A stretch of DNA of 64,000 bases from Candidatus Poribacteria bacterium (GCA_965218095.1 OZ244587.1:4000001-4064000), one strand, 5' to 3'; shown: positions 19,803 to 30,782, numbered from the stretch's first letter. Program-made: numbers and translations. Notes: generated from the letters alone by a model not told the origin.

Positions 19803-20825
19803 TTGATCGCCTACATCCTCCAACGGCTACTTTCAATGGCACTCTCCCTCTTTGGTGTATCCCTGCTCGTTTTCTTCATGGTGCATCTGATCCCCGGCGA
19901 TGCAGCACTCACAATTTTGGGGGAACGCGCCACAGAGGAAGCGTTAGCAGAACTTCGCCGCCAAATGGGGTTAGATCAACCGCTGTATAAGCAGTACGGG
20001 GTGTTTCTGTGGGACTTGGCTCACTTAGATCTCGGGAGATCTTTTAAGACCAACGAGCGGGTCATTGATGAAATCCTGCGAAAATTTCCTGCAACGGTTG
20101 AACTGACGCTTGCAGCAATGAGTTTTTCGATCGTTTTCGGTATTGGCGCAGGAATTATCGCCGCCGTCAATCGTGGGAAGTTCTGGGATCACACGACGAT
20201 GTTCGGATCGCTGGCGGGAATTTCGATGCCGATTTTCTGGCTTGGCTTGATGCTTATCCTGCTGCTCGCCTACACTTTCCCGATTTTCCCAAGCTCACAA
20301 CGGCTGGACGCCGTGTTAGATCTCGACATCCAGCACCGCACGTACTTTTACTTGATTGACACCCTTTTTGCTGGAAACCTCGCCGCGTTTCGAGATGCAA
20401 TTGCGCACCTGATTCTCCCTGCAGTGACGCTTGGCACCGTGCCATTGGCGATTATCGCCCGGATGACGCGCTCCAGTCTGCTTGAAGTCCTCAACCAGCA
20501 GTACATCATGACCGCACATGCGAAGGGGCTACCCAAACGAATCGTCATCCTCAAGCATGCCTTAAAAAATAGCATCATTCCAGTGTTGACGGTAATTGGT
20601 CTCGAATTTGGCTATCTGATGGGCGGGGCGATCTTAACGGAACATATCTTCTCCTGGCCCGGATTGGGGTCGTGGCTGCGGGCTGCTGTCGAAGCCCGTG
20701 ATATTCGTCCAATACAAGGCGGCGTTCTCTTTGTCGCTACGGTTTTCATGACGGTGAACTTGATTGTTGATCTGCTCTACGCATATTTTGATCCGCGTAT
20801 CCGGATCGGAGGAGAGACAACATGA
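19803..20825 (+). CDS. dppB: dipeptide ABC transporter permease
   Basis: IPGD, GLDQPLYKQY, PATVEL, TAHAKGL EAA-loop region. Confidence 0.9.
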   Translation: MIAYILQRLLSMALSLFGVSLLVFFMVHLIPGDAALTILGERATEEALAELRRQMGLDQPLYKQYGVFLWDLAHLDLGRSFKTNERVIDEILRKFPATVELTLAAMSFSIVFGIGAGIIAAVNRGKFWDHTTMFGSLAGISMPIFWLGLMLILLLAYTFPIFPSSQRLDAVLDLDIQHRTYFYLIDTLFAGNLAAFRDAIAHLILPAVTLGTVPLAIIARMTRSSLLEVLNQQYIMTAHAKGLPKRIVILKHALKNSIIPVLTVIGLEFGYLMGGAILTEHIFSWPGLGSWLRAAVEARDIRPIQGGVLFVATVFMTVNLIVDLLYAYFDPRIRIGGETT

Positions 20826-21664
20826 GGGAGCATCGCCGTCAATTTTACCGAGAGCTGCTGCGCCAGAAATCGGCGGTGATTGGCGCATCGATCTTGACCT
20901 TCTTCATCGTCGCCGCAATCTTTGCCCCGCTGATTGCAACGCACGACCCTCGCGACGCAGATATCATGGCACGACTCAAAGGGTGGTCTCAGGAACATTA
21001 CTTCGGGACCGATAAGGTCGGGAGGGATATTTTTAGCCGCATTGTCTACGGCTCACGGATCTCGATCAAAATCGGGTTGGTTGCGATGACGTTTTCGATC
21101 TCGATTGGCACATTGTTGGGCGTCATCGCTGGCTATTACGGAGGTTGGCTCGACAACGTCATCATGCGGGTGATGGATATGATGCTTGCCATGCCAAGTA
21201 TCCTGCTGGCGATGGTCATTGTCACTATCTTGGGCCAGAGCCTGACAAATGCGATTGTTGCCGTTTCGATTGTTTACATTCCACAATATGCTCGAATCTT
21301 GCGGGCCTCCGTCCTCATCATCCGCGAGCAGGATTATGTGACTGCCGCACGAGCCATCGGGACAAGGGACTTTCGCATTCTGACCCGGGCGGTTTTGCCC
21401 AACTGCCTTGCGCCCCTGATTGTGCAGGCGACGCTCGGCATGGGAGCGGCCATTCTTGATGCGGCCGGTCTCAGCTTTCTTGGGCTCGGTGCCGAAATTG
21501 GTGAACCGGAGTGGGGTGCGATGCTCAACGAAAATCGGGCGTTGATCCGTCGTGCACCGTGGGCCGTCATGACACCGGGCATTGCGATTTTCCTGATTGT
21601 GTTGGGATTTAATCTGCTGGGGGATGCGTTGCGGGATGTCTTAGATCCGCAGGTGCAGACGTGA
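20822..21664 (+). CDS. dppC: dipeptide ABC transporter permease
   Basis: FGTDKVGRDIFSR, LSFLGLG, PEWGAML, FNLLGDALRD. Confidence 0.9.
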   Translation: MREHRRQFYRELLRQKSAVIGASILTFFIVAAIFAPLIATHDPRDADIMARLKGWSQEHYFGTDKVGRDIFSRIVYGSRISIKIGLVAMTFSISIGTLLGVIAGYYGGWLDNVIMRVMDMMLAMPSILLAMVIVTILGQSLTNAIVAVSIVYIPQYARILRASVLIIREQDYVTAARAIGTRDFRILTRAVLPNCLAPLIVQATLGMGAAILDAAGLSFLGLGAEIGEPEWGAMLNENRALIRRAPWAVMTPGIAIFLIVLGFNLLGDALRDVLDPQVQT

Positions 21665-21799
21665 TGCGTAATGCAAATTTGCGTTCGATAATACAACATT
21701 GTCGTTCAGCGATCTGTCGCTGTTTTTCCGCGCTATGAATGTCGTAACGACATTAGAAATTCCCCATGCGTAAGCCTCCCGTTTCCTCATTTCCCTGTC

Positions 21800-23146
21800 C
21801 TATTTACTCATTTCGACCCAATTCTGCGGCGACAGCGGCGTCCCTAAAAGTGGGGCATTCACAATGATTCGCGCATCTCCTCCAAGCTCGCCAAAGGCTT
21901 TTTGAAGGACGTCATCGAAGGAACACGTCGCATAAGCGAAGCCGTAGGAGTAAGCCTGCACCTCGCTCATTTCAGTCACGATGAACGTCCGTCCGCGTTC
22001 AATAGCACGACGATGGCTCCATGCCATGCACGTACTGCGCGGCTCTCCTTCACGACGGCGAGACGGCTCAACGGAAGCTGCATCAGCCGAAAGCGGGCGA
22101 GCAGATCGAGTTCCCCTGCATTCCCACCAGCGTTGAATGTCCCTGTATTTTCCATCCAGGCGTCGGTCGAATCAATCGTTTGTTGGAGCACACGTTCCTC
22201 CGACCAATCCGAAACGTCGGGTTGCTCGTGGGCTGAACAGACGAGGATGACGATTCCGTTTTCACGAATCACCTGTTCGGCAGTTTCAATTTTCATATAG
22301 AGACAGCCAAGATTCGGGCTAGCGCCAACCCCCATAATATAGATGTCCGCCGGTTCGACCGGCGTCATGGTATGCTCCTGGCAATATTTCACAGCGGTTG
22401 GCCATTCGGCGCGGTGATACCCGGCAAAAACAGTGTTAGCTGTAAAATCAATCTTCATGTTGAACCCCCCGAGATCGCCGGCATCCTGGATGTCCTCCCG
22501 TTGCGGGTTGCCAGGCCCCCAGCCGCTAATCGGACGATCCATCAGGATGTAAGTATGGTTATGCCAGATGGTGTCACGCCCGGACGCGCCCGGCAGAATG
22601 ATGCCTGCTCCGCCGTGCCAACCAAAAAGCGAGGGAGCGCATCCACCCACGCCAAATACATAATCCGCCTCGGCGACAACTTTGTTGACCCACACCGGCG
22701 TCCCTATACGCGTTGTCCCAAGGAACGCCAAATCTTCCGATTTATAAGGATGGTGTTCCACATAGCGCACACGGTGAAGCCATCCTTCGCCCAGTTTCTG
22801 CTCCGCCTTGGCGTGACCGTGCATACCTGCCGCGTGGAGGATGGTAACTTGTTCATCGGGCACGCCGCCGGCATTGAGCTGATCAAGGAGGTAGGGGCCC
22901 GATGTTGTGCGGCGGTCCCATAAGACTGTCCATGGTGCCCGTGATCAGAAACGACACACGATCCGAGGATTTGACAGCATCCTTGATCGGCGGACAGCCA
23001 ATCGGCTTTTCGAGGGCACGCTTGACGAGATCGATGGGGGCACCCAAGTCAGGCAGATCTGGAGGGGTGACAACTGTCTCAATGTTCTCGCCGGGAACGT
23101 TGAGGGACATATGCCCGTCTACCCAGGGAATTTGAAAGGTCGCCAT
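21800..23146 (-). pseudogene. lactate racemase (LarA) domain protein, frameshifted twice
   Basis: ALEKPIGCPP, AAGMH, GTTRIGTPVWVN, GGAGIILPG in three successive frames. Confidence 0.75.
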
Positions 23147-23349
23147 GATGGAACCCCCCCTTGATCGGGACATGAAGTGCGAAACATGATGAGTGAGACG
23201 TAAAACACGATTTGTGAATGTAAGTTCAAAAGTTCAGAGATTCAGGAGTCCGATGTAATGCACTGTCAATGAATTCCTGAACTCTTGATACCCATGTACC
23301 CATGAATTCTCATTTTCCCTTTCCTAGCTCGCACTGACTTGCTGACACT

Positions 23350-24033
23350 TTATCGCGGCGTTATGCGTTCCCACGTCCCATCATCCAACTGCCGGTAATG
23401 GGTGTGGCTGGGGACGCGGTTTGGCGTTACCGTCAGCCACATGACCAGCGGCTCGTCGAAAGACTTGATTTTGTGCTTGTGCTCGGCGGGCGTGACAACG
23501 ACATCTCCCGGCCCAACGCGGAAAACCTCGCCCTCCTCGGTGACGTCGCCTGTGCCACTGAGGAACAGGAATACCTCGTCTGCTCCGTCGTGACTGTGAT
23601 AGTCGCACTCGATGTTCGGCTGAAATGTCAACATCCCGCCGCGAATCTTTTTCGAATCTGGAAAACGTTCTCCGTCCTTCGTGCCTAGCATAACTACCGG
23701 CGCCTGTTCAGTGGGGGCGGGCAACTTCCGCATTTCAGGGGTTTCGCTTGGGGCAAGCGTCCAGACCACTTTGAGTGGCTGCGTTCCGACGTTCTTCAGG
23801 GAGTACGACGTGCCTGCCGGAATGTAGGCTTGCATTGGCGCGGTGAATCGTTCAACCTGTTCCGCCCCCGGCGCGACGATTTCGCATTCGCCGGACATGA
23901 ACAGGTAGACTTCATCGGAGGCGGGATGGTTATGCAGTGCCCATCCGCCATCTGGGGCCAACTCCGTTATGCCGTACTTGACCGTCGGTGTGTGGACGAT
24001 GACCGTGCCGGGTTCTGGTCTTAGAAAGTGCAT
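23350..24033 (-). CDS. bicupin protein
   Basis: Two cupin motifs (HNHPASDEVY; HSHDGADEVF...EHKH). Confidence 0.8.
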   Translation of the reverse strand: MHFLRPEPGTVIVHTPTVKYGITELAPDGGWALHNHPASDEVYLFMSGECEIVAPGAEQVERFTAPMQAYIPAGTSYSLKNVGTQPLKVVWTLAPSETPEMRKLPAPTEQAPVVMLGTKDGERFPDSKKIRGGMLTFQPNIECDYHSHDGADEVFLFLSGTGDVTEEGEVFRVGPGDVVVTPAEHKHKIKSFDEPLVMWLTVTPNRVPSHTHYRQLDDGTWERITPR

Positions 24034-24365
24034 GGGTTACTTCTTGTCGTTCTGATGTGCTTTTTGGCTTCGTGATGATGTTTTCCCCAACCCTTTATTG
24101 AGTGTCAACGAGAAGATTATCTAAAAACTTATAGCGAGTAAAACGTGCTCTTCTCCCGTCATCATCAATGAAGTGAAGGATCTCTTGCACCTTAACAAGG
24201 AGATTTTTCGCTGCGCTCTATTAGACTTCCAAGAAACTATCCGCAATGAGTTCTAAGGGAAGTACAGAGGTAGTATTTCTAATCGATCTTCTTCCAAAAG
24301 TGAATGGGTAGATCGCGTTAAGCCCGCTTCACGAGTAGAAATTCATGAATTCGCAATTTGTGCTA

Positions 24366-25188
24366 GGTTCTGTTGACATTTGAGTATAAGGTTGTGGCAT
24401 AATAGAAGAATGATGCCAATAACTTTACCCGATGACCCATGGAAAAAGATATACAGATTTCTTCTAAGTTGCCCCAACATCTATGTTGGCAACGAAGCGA
24501 CAACGCGCCGCTTTGTCGAAGCAGTTCTGTGGGTGACTCGTAGCGGCGCTCAATGGCAGCTTCTGCCAGACACCTACGGTAAATGGAACACCCGCTACAA
24601 GCGGTTTGCTCGATGGTGCGACAAAGATGTTTTGACACAGATGCACCACCACTTCGCCTCTGCGAGTCGATTATTATTGACAGTACCATCTGCTGCGCTC
24701 ACCCGTGTGCGGCGGGCGCCTTAAAAACTGGCGCCTTAAAAAAAGGGTGGGACTGAAAGCCAAGCATTAGGTCGCTCTCAAGGTGGCTTCAGTACAAAAA
24801 ATCACATCGCAGTTGATGGACTGGGCAATCCCCTAAGAATTCATCTGACCCCCGGTCAGAGACACGACATAGTTGAGGCGGAAGGGTTGATAATCGGATA
24901 TAACAGCGAGATGTAATTGGAGACAAGAGATACGATTCGGACGCTTTTATCACGGTTATCAAGGCGAATGGAGCGATTGCGGTGATACCGCCAAAAAGTC
25001 ATCGTGTTGACCAAAGAACGTACGACAAACATTTATACAAAGAGAGACATCGGGTTGAATGTTTCATCAACAAGATAAAATGGTATCGTCGCATCTTCTC
25101 TCGGTTCGAGAAGTTAGCTGTCCGTTATTTTGGATTTCTCAGCTTTGTCTCCACTCTTATATGGCTCCCTTGAAATGTCAATAGAACC
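24366..25188 (+). mobile_element. IS5-family element copy 2, transposase degraded
   Basis: Same terminal IRs (one mismatch); CTAG target with TA duplicated; frameshifts and an internal deletion. Confidence 0.9.
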
Positions 25189-25318
25189 TAGTACGCTGCT
25201 TATTGGTCAAGGTGAGTATAAAGTTAGAGAGGTCGGGCAGGATTATGTGATGACTGGATACCCACAGCCTGATGAGGACGGTGTGCTTTATTCTCCTCTT
25301 AATCGTGCGGTTCTTCTT

Positions 25319-25519
25319 TTAAACACTGGCTTCATCACGTACAGGCTCAAAGAGGACGCTGCAACTGCTGCAACGATACCCATTTTCTGAATTCGACTCA
25401 TCAATGAGAAACAGCATGCCACAACAGATCGGACACGGTTCCTCCATCTCCATCTCCACCTGTTCAATGAGTCCGGTTCTATCTTCAAACTCAACAAGCA
25501 TTTGTATCCTTTCTAACAA
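25319..25519 (-). CDS. small zinc-ribbon-like protein
   Basis: CPICCG...CSSC; begins 1 bp after the rhodanese stop. Confidence 0.55.
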   Translation of the reverse strand: MLERIQMLVEFEDRTGLIEQVEMEMEEPCPICCGMLFLIDESNSENGYRCSSCSVLFEPVRDEASV

Positions 25520-25520
25520 A

Positions 25521-25892
25521 TCAATAGCGATTTAGCGTGGGATCAATTTCAACCGCCCACTGATCAATTCCGCCGGCTAAACTTTTGACATTCTGAAAAC
25601 CGTTCTGGTACAGGTAGTACGCCGCCTGCATACTTCGCATGCCGTGATGACAATGGAGGACAATTTCGCGGTTTGGATCGAGCTGATCCATCTGTTGGGG
25701 TAGGTCGTTAATTGGGATGAGAGTGGCTTCCTCAAGATGAACAATCTGATGTTCATCCGGCTCCCTGACATCAATGAGTTGAATTGATTCACCTTGATCG
25801 AGTTTTCGCTTGAGTTCACGAACCGAAATTTCGTGTTTCTCTGGCTGAAAAGGTGGAGGCACATCGGAGGGAGAGGCGTCTGCTATTTTCAA
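25521..25892 (-). CDS. single-domain rhodanese
   Basis: LIDVREPDE, CHHGMRS, LAGGIDQW. Confidence 0.9.
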   Translation of the reverse strand: MKIADASPSDVPPPFQPEKHEISVRELKRKLDQGESIQLIDVREPDEHQIVHLEEATLIPINDLPQQMDQLDPNREIVLHCHHGMRSMQAAYYLYQNGFQNVKSLAGGIDQWAVEIDPTLNRY

Positions 25893-25912
25893 TTTTTATA
25901 CCTCAGTTTCGA

Positions 25913-26260
25913 TTAAGTACACTGCGGACAGGGACAGATTTCCCTGAGTGTTTCAAAAGAGTAGATGCCGGTCGAATGGCCATCATTCCAGGTAAACTGG
26001 ATGGCATAGCGGCCCACAAGTTCAATGTTAATTGCTTGCATATCTTCTGGAACTAAGATCTGGTCCGGATTGCCCAGTCCTTCTGGCCCAAATAGGGAGT
26101 GAACATCCTGCCCCCTGTGCCTTGTCGTTGAACACTCCGCACATGGACATAGTCGCCTGAGATATGGATAGGTATATTCACTCTCATGCCCATCTTTCCA
26201 GACGATTTGCAGCCCGTCGTTCCCCAACCTTTTGATCGTTTTCGGCTGTTGCTGTTTCAT
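25913..26260 (-). CDS. DUF971 (GBBH-like N-terminal domain) protein
   Basis: WKDGHES, LRRLCPCAEC, VGRYAIQFTWNDGHSTGIY. Confidence 0.9.
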   Translation of the reverse strand: MKQQQPKTIKRLGNDGLQIVWKDGHESEYTYPYLRRLCPCAECSTTRHRGQDVHSLFGPEGLGNPDQILVPEDMQAINIELVGRYAIQFTWNDGHSTGIYSFETLREICPCPQCT

Positions 26261-26455
26261 AAAAAAGATAGGACTTGCGCGCTTCAGTTCTAAAAGTAGA
26301 TAGGGACGCAGATTTCGCTGATTGTCGCAGATAAAATAGAAAGACCCAAGGGATTTGCGTTCCCCTAATAGGATCTCGTTTCAAAGCAACCTTTTAATCG
26401 TCGTTGTTGGGTTTACCCTCCAACAGTTTAACCCGCCGTGGTCCATACAAGCCTT

Positions 26456-27367
26456 TTAACGTATCAAAACCCAAGTAGGTGAACCATCAGATGCTGGATT
26501 GTTAGTAATATTAACTTCGTCTGTGCCGTCGGCGTTTATGACGTAGATCTCAGAGTTGTCTACAGGATTTGACCCAAAGGCAATTTTTTTCCCATCCGGA
26601 GACCAAGCAGGATTCCAGGCCTCACCCCGTCCAGCCTTGGTAATATTGATGACATTTGTGCCGTCGGCGTTCATCACGTAGATATCAAATGACCCAAAGG
26701 CAATTTTTTTCCCATCCGGAGACCAAGCAGGATCCCAATCCGACTTCCAATCATCAGAGGTAATGTTGACGACATTTGTGCCGTCGGCGTTCATCACGTA
26801 GATATCATCATGGTCTGACCCAAAGACAATTTTTTTCCCATCCGGAGACCAAGCAGGGCTAGAGTTGTAAGCGTCATCGTTGGTAATGTTGACGATATTT
26901 GTACCGTCGGCGTTCATCACGTAGATATCATTGTCCTCCGGAGGGGGACCGGCACGGTCTGAATCAAAGGCAATTTTTTTCCCATCCGGCGACCAATCAG
27001 GGTTATTGTCCGAAGCGTCACGGTTGGTAATGTTGACGACATTTGTGCCATCGGCGTTCATCACGTAGATATCATCGTTACCTTCACGGTTGGACACAAA
27101 GGCAATCTTTTTCCCATCCGGCGACCAAGCAGGGGCATAGACGTCAGCTTCATGATTGGTAATGTTGACAACATCTGTGCCGTCGGCGTTCATCACGTAG
27201 ATATCATCGTTACCTTCACGGTTGGACACAAAGGCAATCTTTAGTAGAGAAGACTCGCTGGTGACATCATTATTGTTGTTATCATCATCATCGTCATTAC
27301 CGCAACCCAACCAAATGACAGCACACAGAATCCCTATAATAGCTAGGGATGATTGAGAAAGTGTCAT
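26456..27367 (-). CDS. TolB-like PD40-repeat beta-propeller lipoprotein
   Basis: Lipobox WLGC, D/N-rich linker, six repeats of KIAF...IYVMNADGT.VVNIT...PAWSPDGK. Confidence 0.88.
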   Translation of the reverse strand: MTLSQSSLAIIGILCAVIWLGCGNDDDDDNNNNDVTSESSLLKIAFVSNREGNDDIYVMNADGTDVVNITNHEADVYAPAWSPDGKKIAFVSNREGNDDIYVMNADGTNVVNITNRDASDNNPDWSPDGKKIAFDSDRAGPPPEDNDIYVMNADGTNIVNITNDDAYNSSPAWSPDGKKIVFGSDHDDIYVMNADGTNVVNITSDDWKSDWDPAWSPDGKKIAFGSFDIYVMNADGTNVINITKAGRGEAWNPAWSPDGKKIAFGSNPVDNSEIYVINADGTDEVNITNNPASDGSPTWVLIR

Positions 27368-27408
27368 TTTTATTTCCCTTTCTTATAGTCTAGCACAAGT
27401 TGCTAGTT

Positions 27409-27567
27409 GGTTCTGTTGACATTTCGCTGTCGCGAATTCGGCAAACGCTGTAATCATCATGCAACCCGCCAAAAACCAAGACAGTTGTCCGAAATCGCCT
27501 CAAGGTGCATCAGGTCGAAGACTCTCGGAACGGAGATTGGTTCAATCCGTCAAATGTCAACAGAACC
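27409..27567. mobile_element. MITE carrying the IS5-family terminal IRs
   Basis: GGTTCTGTTGACATTT ... AAATGTCAACAGAACC around about 127 bp unrelated to the IS interior; TAGTT on both flanks. Confidence 0.8.
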
Positions 27568-27601
27568 TAGTTGCTACCAAGTGTCAGCAATCAACGCAAT
27601 C

Positions 27602-27626
27602 GTCGGGAATCGGAATTCCCTCCTAC
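27602..27626 (-). repeat. GTAG-type REP-like palindrome
   Basis: Minus strand GTAGGAGGGAATTCCGATTCCCGAC. Confidence 0.5.
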
Positions 27627-27673
27627 AATCCCTACGGGAAAACAGATGGATTTTCAATAACTAGCGACTTGCG

Positions 27674-27973
27674 TTAAAAGATACCCAATTCGTCCTTAGC
27701 CTCTTCGCTCATCATCTCTGGGGTCCAACGCGGCGTCCAAACGACATTGATGTTCACTTCGTCAACTCCCTCAAGCTGCTGCGTTACAGCTTGTGTCCCG
27801 TTGACAAGTTGCCCGCCGGCGGGACACCCTGGACTGGTCAGGGTCATCGTGATGTCAACAGTCTCATCCTGAATATCAACACCGTAAATCAATCCCATAT
27901 CGACGATGTTAATGCCAACCTCTGGATCGATAATTTCTTTTATCGCGTCAAACACAACCTCTTCCGTTACCAT
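27674..27973 (-). CDS. sufT: DUF59 metal-sulfur cluster assembly factor
   Basis: DPE.GINIVDMGLIY, TLTSPGCP, PRWTPEMMS. Confidence 0.88.
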   Translation of the reverse strand: MVTEEVVFDAIKEIIDPEVGINIVDMGLIYGVDIQDETVDITMTLTSPGCPAGGQLVNGTQAVTQQLEGVDEVNINVVWTPRWTPEMMSEEAKDELGIF

Positions 27974-27985
27974 TGCAGGCCTCCG

Positions 27986-28300
27986 TTAATAATCCACACT
28001 CACAAGAATATCATCACCCTCGATTTTGACTTCATAACACTCGACCGGCTCAACCGCCGGCATGCAAAGCACCCTACCGGTACGTACATCGAAACGGGCG
28101 CCGTGTCGGGGACATTCAATCTGGTCGCCTTCTAATTCACCTTCAGCGAGGGGGCCTCCATCGTGGGTGCACACATCCTCGATGGCATAAAATTCACCAT
28201 TGACGTTGAAAAGCGCGACGGGTATGTCGTCCACTTCAACTAGCTTTTTCCCTCCCGGCGGCAACTCGCTCGCTTTAGCAACCTTGAAAAACTCACCCAT
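27986..28300 (-). CDS. Rieske-type ferredoxin
   Basis: CTH...CPRH Rieske ligands. Confidence 0.92.
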   Translation of the reverse strand: MGEFFKVAKASELPPGGKKLVEVDDIPVALFNVNGEFYAIEDVCTHDGGPLAEGELEGDQIECPRHGARFDVRTGRVLCMPAVEPVECYEVKIEGDDILVSVDY

Positions 28301-28699
28301 TCAGTCGGTCTCCTCGTCTTCTTCTCCGGGCCATCCCTTGAGCCCATAAGTCCCCGCTTTTAGCACTTTCAAAGCTAACAATCCACATTTCAGGCGCACA
28401 GGACCTAAGGGAATTCCAAGCAGCTCTAGAATATCATCTTTACTGAGTTTTTTGACTTCATCTAAATGTTTTCCTATAATCTCTTCCGTTAGCATGGAAG
28501 CAGCCGCCTGGCTAATTGTACAGCCGTGTCCAGAGAATCGAACGTCTGTTATGATTCCGTCCTCGACCTTGAGATCCATCCGAATTTGATCACCGCACAA
28601 GGGATTGTCTTCTTCGTAAGAGATGTCGGGATTCTCAAGGGTCCCATAATTACTTGGATTTTCGTAATGATCAAGAATATCTTCTTCGTAGATGTTCAT
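28301..28699 (-). CDS. sufU: SufU/NifU-type Fe-S assembly protein
   Basis: NPLCGD, GCTISQAAAS, RLKC. Confidence 0.9.
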   Translation of the reverse strand: MNIYEEDILDHYENPSNYGTLENPDISYEEDNPLCGDQIRMDLKVEDGIITDVRFSGHGCTISQAAASMLTEEIIGKHLDEVKKLSKDDILELLGIPLGPVRLKCGLLALKVLKAGTYGLKGWPGEEDEETD

Positions 28700-30000
28700 C
28701 GTCGCCGTCTCCGGGTCAAAATCCGCTGGGCTTTCAGAAGTCCCTCATAAAGGTTATCGATTTCTTCAAGTTTATTGTAAAGGTAGAAACTTACACGGAC
28801 TGTAGCGATAACACCAAATTTCTGCATGAGTGGCTGCGCACAGTGATGCCCCGCTCGAACCGCAACCCCAACCGTATCTAAGACACCAGCCAAGTCATGA
28901 GGGTGAATGCTCTCCAAATTAAATGTGATAGCCCCTGTTTTTTGCCGTGGTTTCGGTCCATAGATGGTAATGCCCTCAATTTCACTCAGTGTTTGGTGAG
29001 CGTATTCAAGCAATTCGTGCTCGTGGGCATGAATCGCATCGCGTCCAATCTTGTTAAGATAGTCTACGGCAGCCCCGAGTCCAACTGCTTCAGCAATGGC
29101 TGGCGTTCCTGCTTCAAATTTGGCAGGCAGATCAGCGTAAGTCGAACGTTCGCGCTGTACAGAACGGATCATCGAACCACCACCCAAAAATGGCGGCATC
29201 TCCTCCAAGAGATCTAACTTACCGTAAAGCACACCGATACCGGTGGGACCGCACATTTTATGTCCTGAGAACGCGAGGAAATCGCAATCGAGCGCCTGCA
29301 CGTCCACCGGAAAATGCGGCACACTCTGTGCGCTATCAATGAGGACCTTAGCGCCCACTGCGCGAGCGGCGGCTGTAATCTCCCGAACCGGATTGATCGT
29401 GCCGAGGACGTTGGAAACGTGCGTGATGGCAACCAGCCTGGTGCGCTCTGTCAGCAACCCATCCAAGTCATCAAGTTGCAGCAACCCTTCATCGGTTACC
29501 TCAATAAACCGCAACTTTGCACCGGTTCGCTGGGTTAACAACTGCCACGGCAAAAGGTTGCTGTGATGTTCCATCACCGTGACAAGAATTTCATCGCCCT
29601 CTCGGACGTTGGCGCTCCCCCAGCTATACGCGACCAAGTTAATCGATTCGGTGGTGTTCCGCGTAAAGATGACCTGGCTTGAATGACGGGCGTTGATGAA
29701 ACGCGCAATCTTCTGTCGCGCCTCCTCGTACCTAGCAGTCGCTTCCTCAGAAATACGGTAGATGCCCCGATGTATATTTGAATTATAAGTGCGATAGTAC
29801 CCATTCATCGCATCGATTACGCAATTGGGTGTCTGAGAAGTCGCGGCGCTGTCCAGATAGATCAAGGGCAGATCGCTTTCCGGTTTTAGAATGGAAAAGT
29901 CGTTTCGGATAGCTTCGACATCAAATGTGCGAAGCGCAAGCGCATCATTCATAGGTTGAGCGTGCATGGGGGGATCCAGTGAAATAACAGGAGGATTCAC
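28696..30000 (-). CDS. sufS: cysteine desulfurase (SufS type)
   Basis: YLDSAATSQ, FSGHKMCGP, RAGHHCAQP; start uncertain. Confidence 0.95.
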   Translation of the reverse strand: MNPPVISLDPPMHAQPMNDALALRTFDVEAIRNDFSILKPESDLPLIYLDSAATSQTPNCVIDAMNGYYRTYNSNIHRGIYRISEEATARYEEARQKIARFINARHSSQVIFTRNTTESINLVAYSWGSANVREGDEILVTVMEHHSNLLPWQLLTQRTGAKLRFIEVTDEGLLQLDDLDGLLTERTRLVAITHVSNVLGTINPVREITAAARAVGAKVLIDSAQSVPHFPVDVQALDCDFLAFSGHKMCGPTGIGVLYGKLDLLEEMPPFLGGGSMIRSVQRERSTYADLPAKFEAGTPAIAEAVGLGAAVDYLNKIGRDAIHAHEHELLEYAHQTLSEIEGITIYGPKPRQKTGAITFNLESIHPHDLAGVLDTVGVAVRAGHHCAQPLMQKFGVIATVRVSFYLYNKLEEIDNLYEGLLKAQRILTRRRRR

Positions 30001-30084
30001 AATTCGGTTCGATTTTATGGATTAAGACGTAAAACGTAACAATCCCCGGCTTTACATTTTACGTCTTACGCATTGCTTGGGCAC

Positions 30085-30114
30085 CTCGTTCCCAAGTTGG
30101 AGCTTGGGAACGAG
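30085..30114. repeat. perfect 12-bp palindrome (REP-like)
   Basis: CTCGTTCCCAAG-TTGGAG-CTTGGGAACGAG. Confidence 0.65.
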
Positions 30115-30159
30115 ATGGGTTGCGCTATAACAGCCCTCTTCTTACGTTTTACGCATTAC

Positions 30160-30537
30160 TCATTTTGAAAAAAGGTTGCTTGCCCAGTTTGACAGTTTCC
30201 CGCCTGAAAACGAGACATCCACTGCGGCGTCGCCATGGTCGGCGCAGGCCTCATCTGTCGACACATCGGTTTCGGCGTCGCTTGGCTGAACGTAGCCTTT
30301 TTCCAAGAGGTATGCTTCGACTTCATCGCCACTCACATCAGCAATAATTTCATCGTTGATTTCAATAGTTGGCTGAAGCGGCTGACCGCTTTTTTCGACC
30401 ATTTCACGATAGTTATCTGGGTTGTTAATGATGTCCAGATCGTCGTATTCCAAGCCGTATTTCTGGAATATCGCCCGGACGCCATTGCTCCAACCGCAGA
30501 CCGGTTTCATATAAGCGGTAATTTTTGGCTGACTCAT
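30160..30537 (-). CDS. monothiol glutaredoxin-like protein
   Basis: KPVCGWS active site, SGQPLQPTIEI; acidic C-terminal tail. Confidence 0.75.
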   Translation of the reverse strand: MSQPKITAYMKPVCGWSNGVRAIFQKYGLEYDDLDIINNPDNYREMVEKSGQPLQPTIEINDEIIADVSGDEVEAYLLEKGYVQPSDAETDVSTDEACADHGDAAVDVSFSGGKLSNWASNLFSK

Positions 30538-30604
30538 GTTTGTGTCCTTTCGATTTTGAAAAGTTTGAAGTGTCTCCGAAAGGTTCGGAGGCTGTTGTAA
30601 ATCA

Positions 30605-30782
30605 TCAAATATAGCGAACTTGATCTTGTATCTCGGCCGCCGTTACGTGATTGAGGATTAGTAGAAGACGCCGTACAAGTTCATAGGACGGACAGCGTAT
30701 GGCGATAATGATACCATAGTATGTCTGCCACCGGCACATTCACATCTTCGTCCAGATAGAGTTCAATGAAGAGGCGATTCAC
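30605..30782 (-). pseudogene. DUF5615 PIN-like toxin with a large internal deletion
   Basis: VNRLFIELYLDEDV... joined to HYGIIIA...LLLILN...QVRYI*. Confidence 0.75.
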
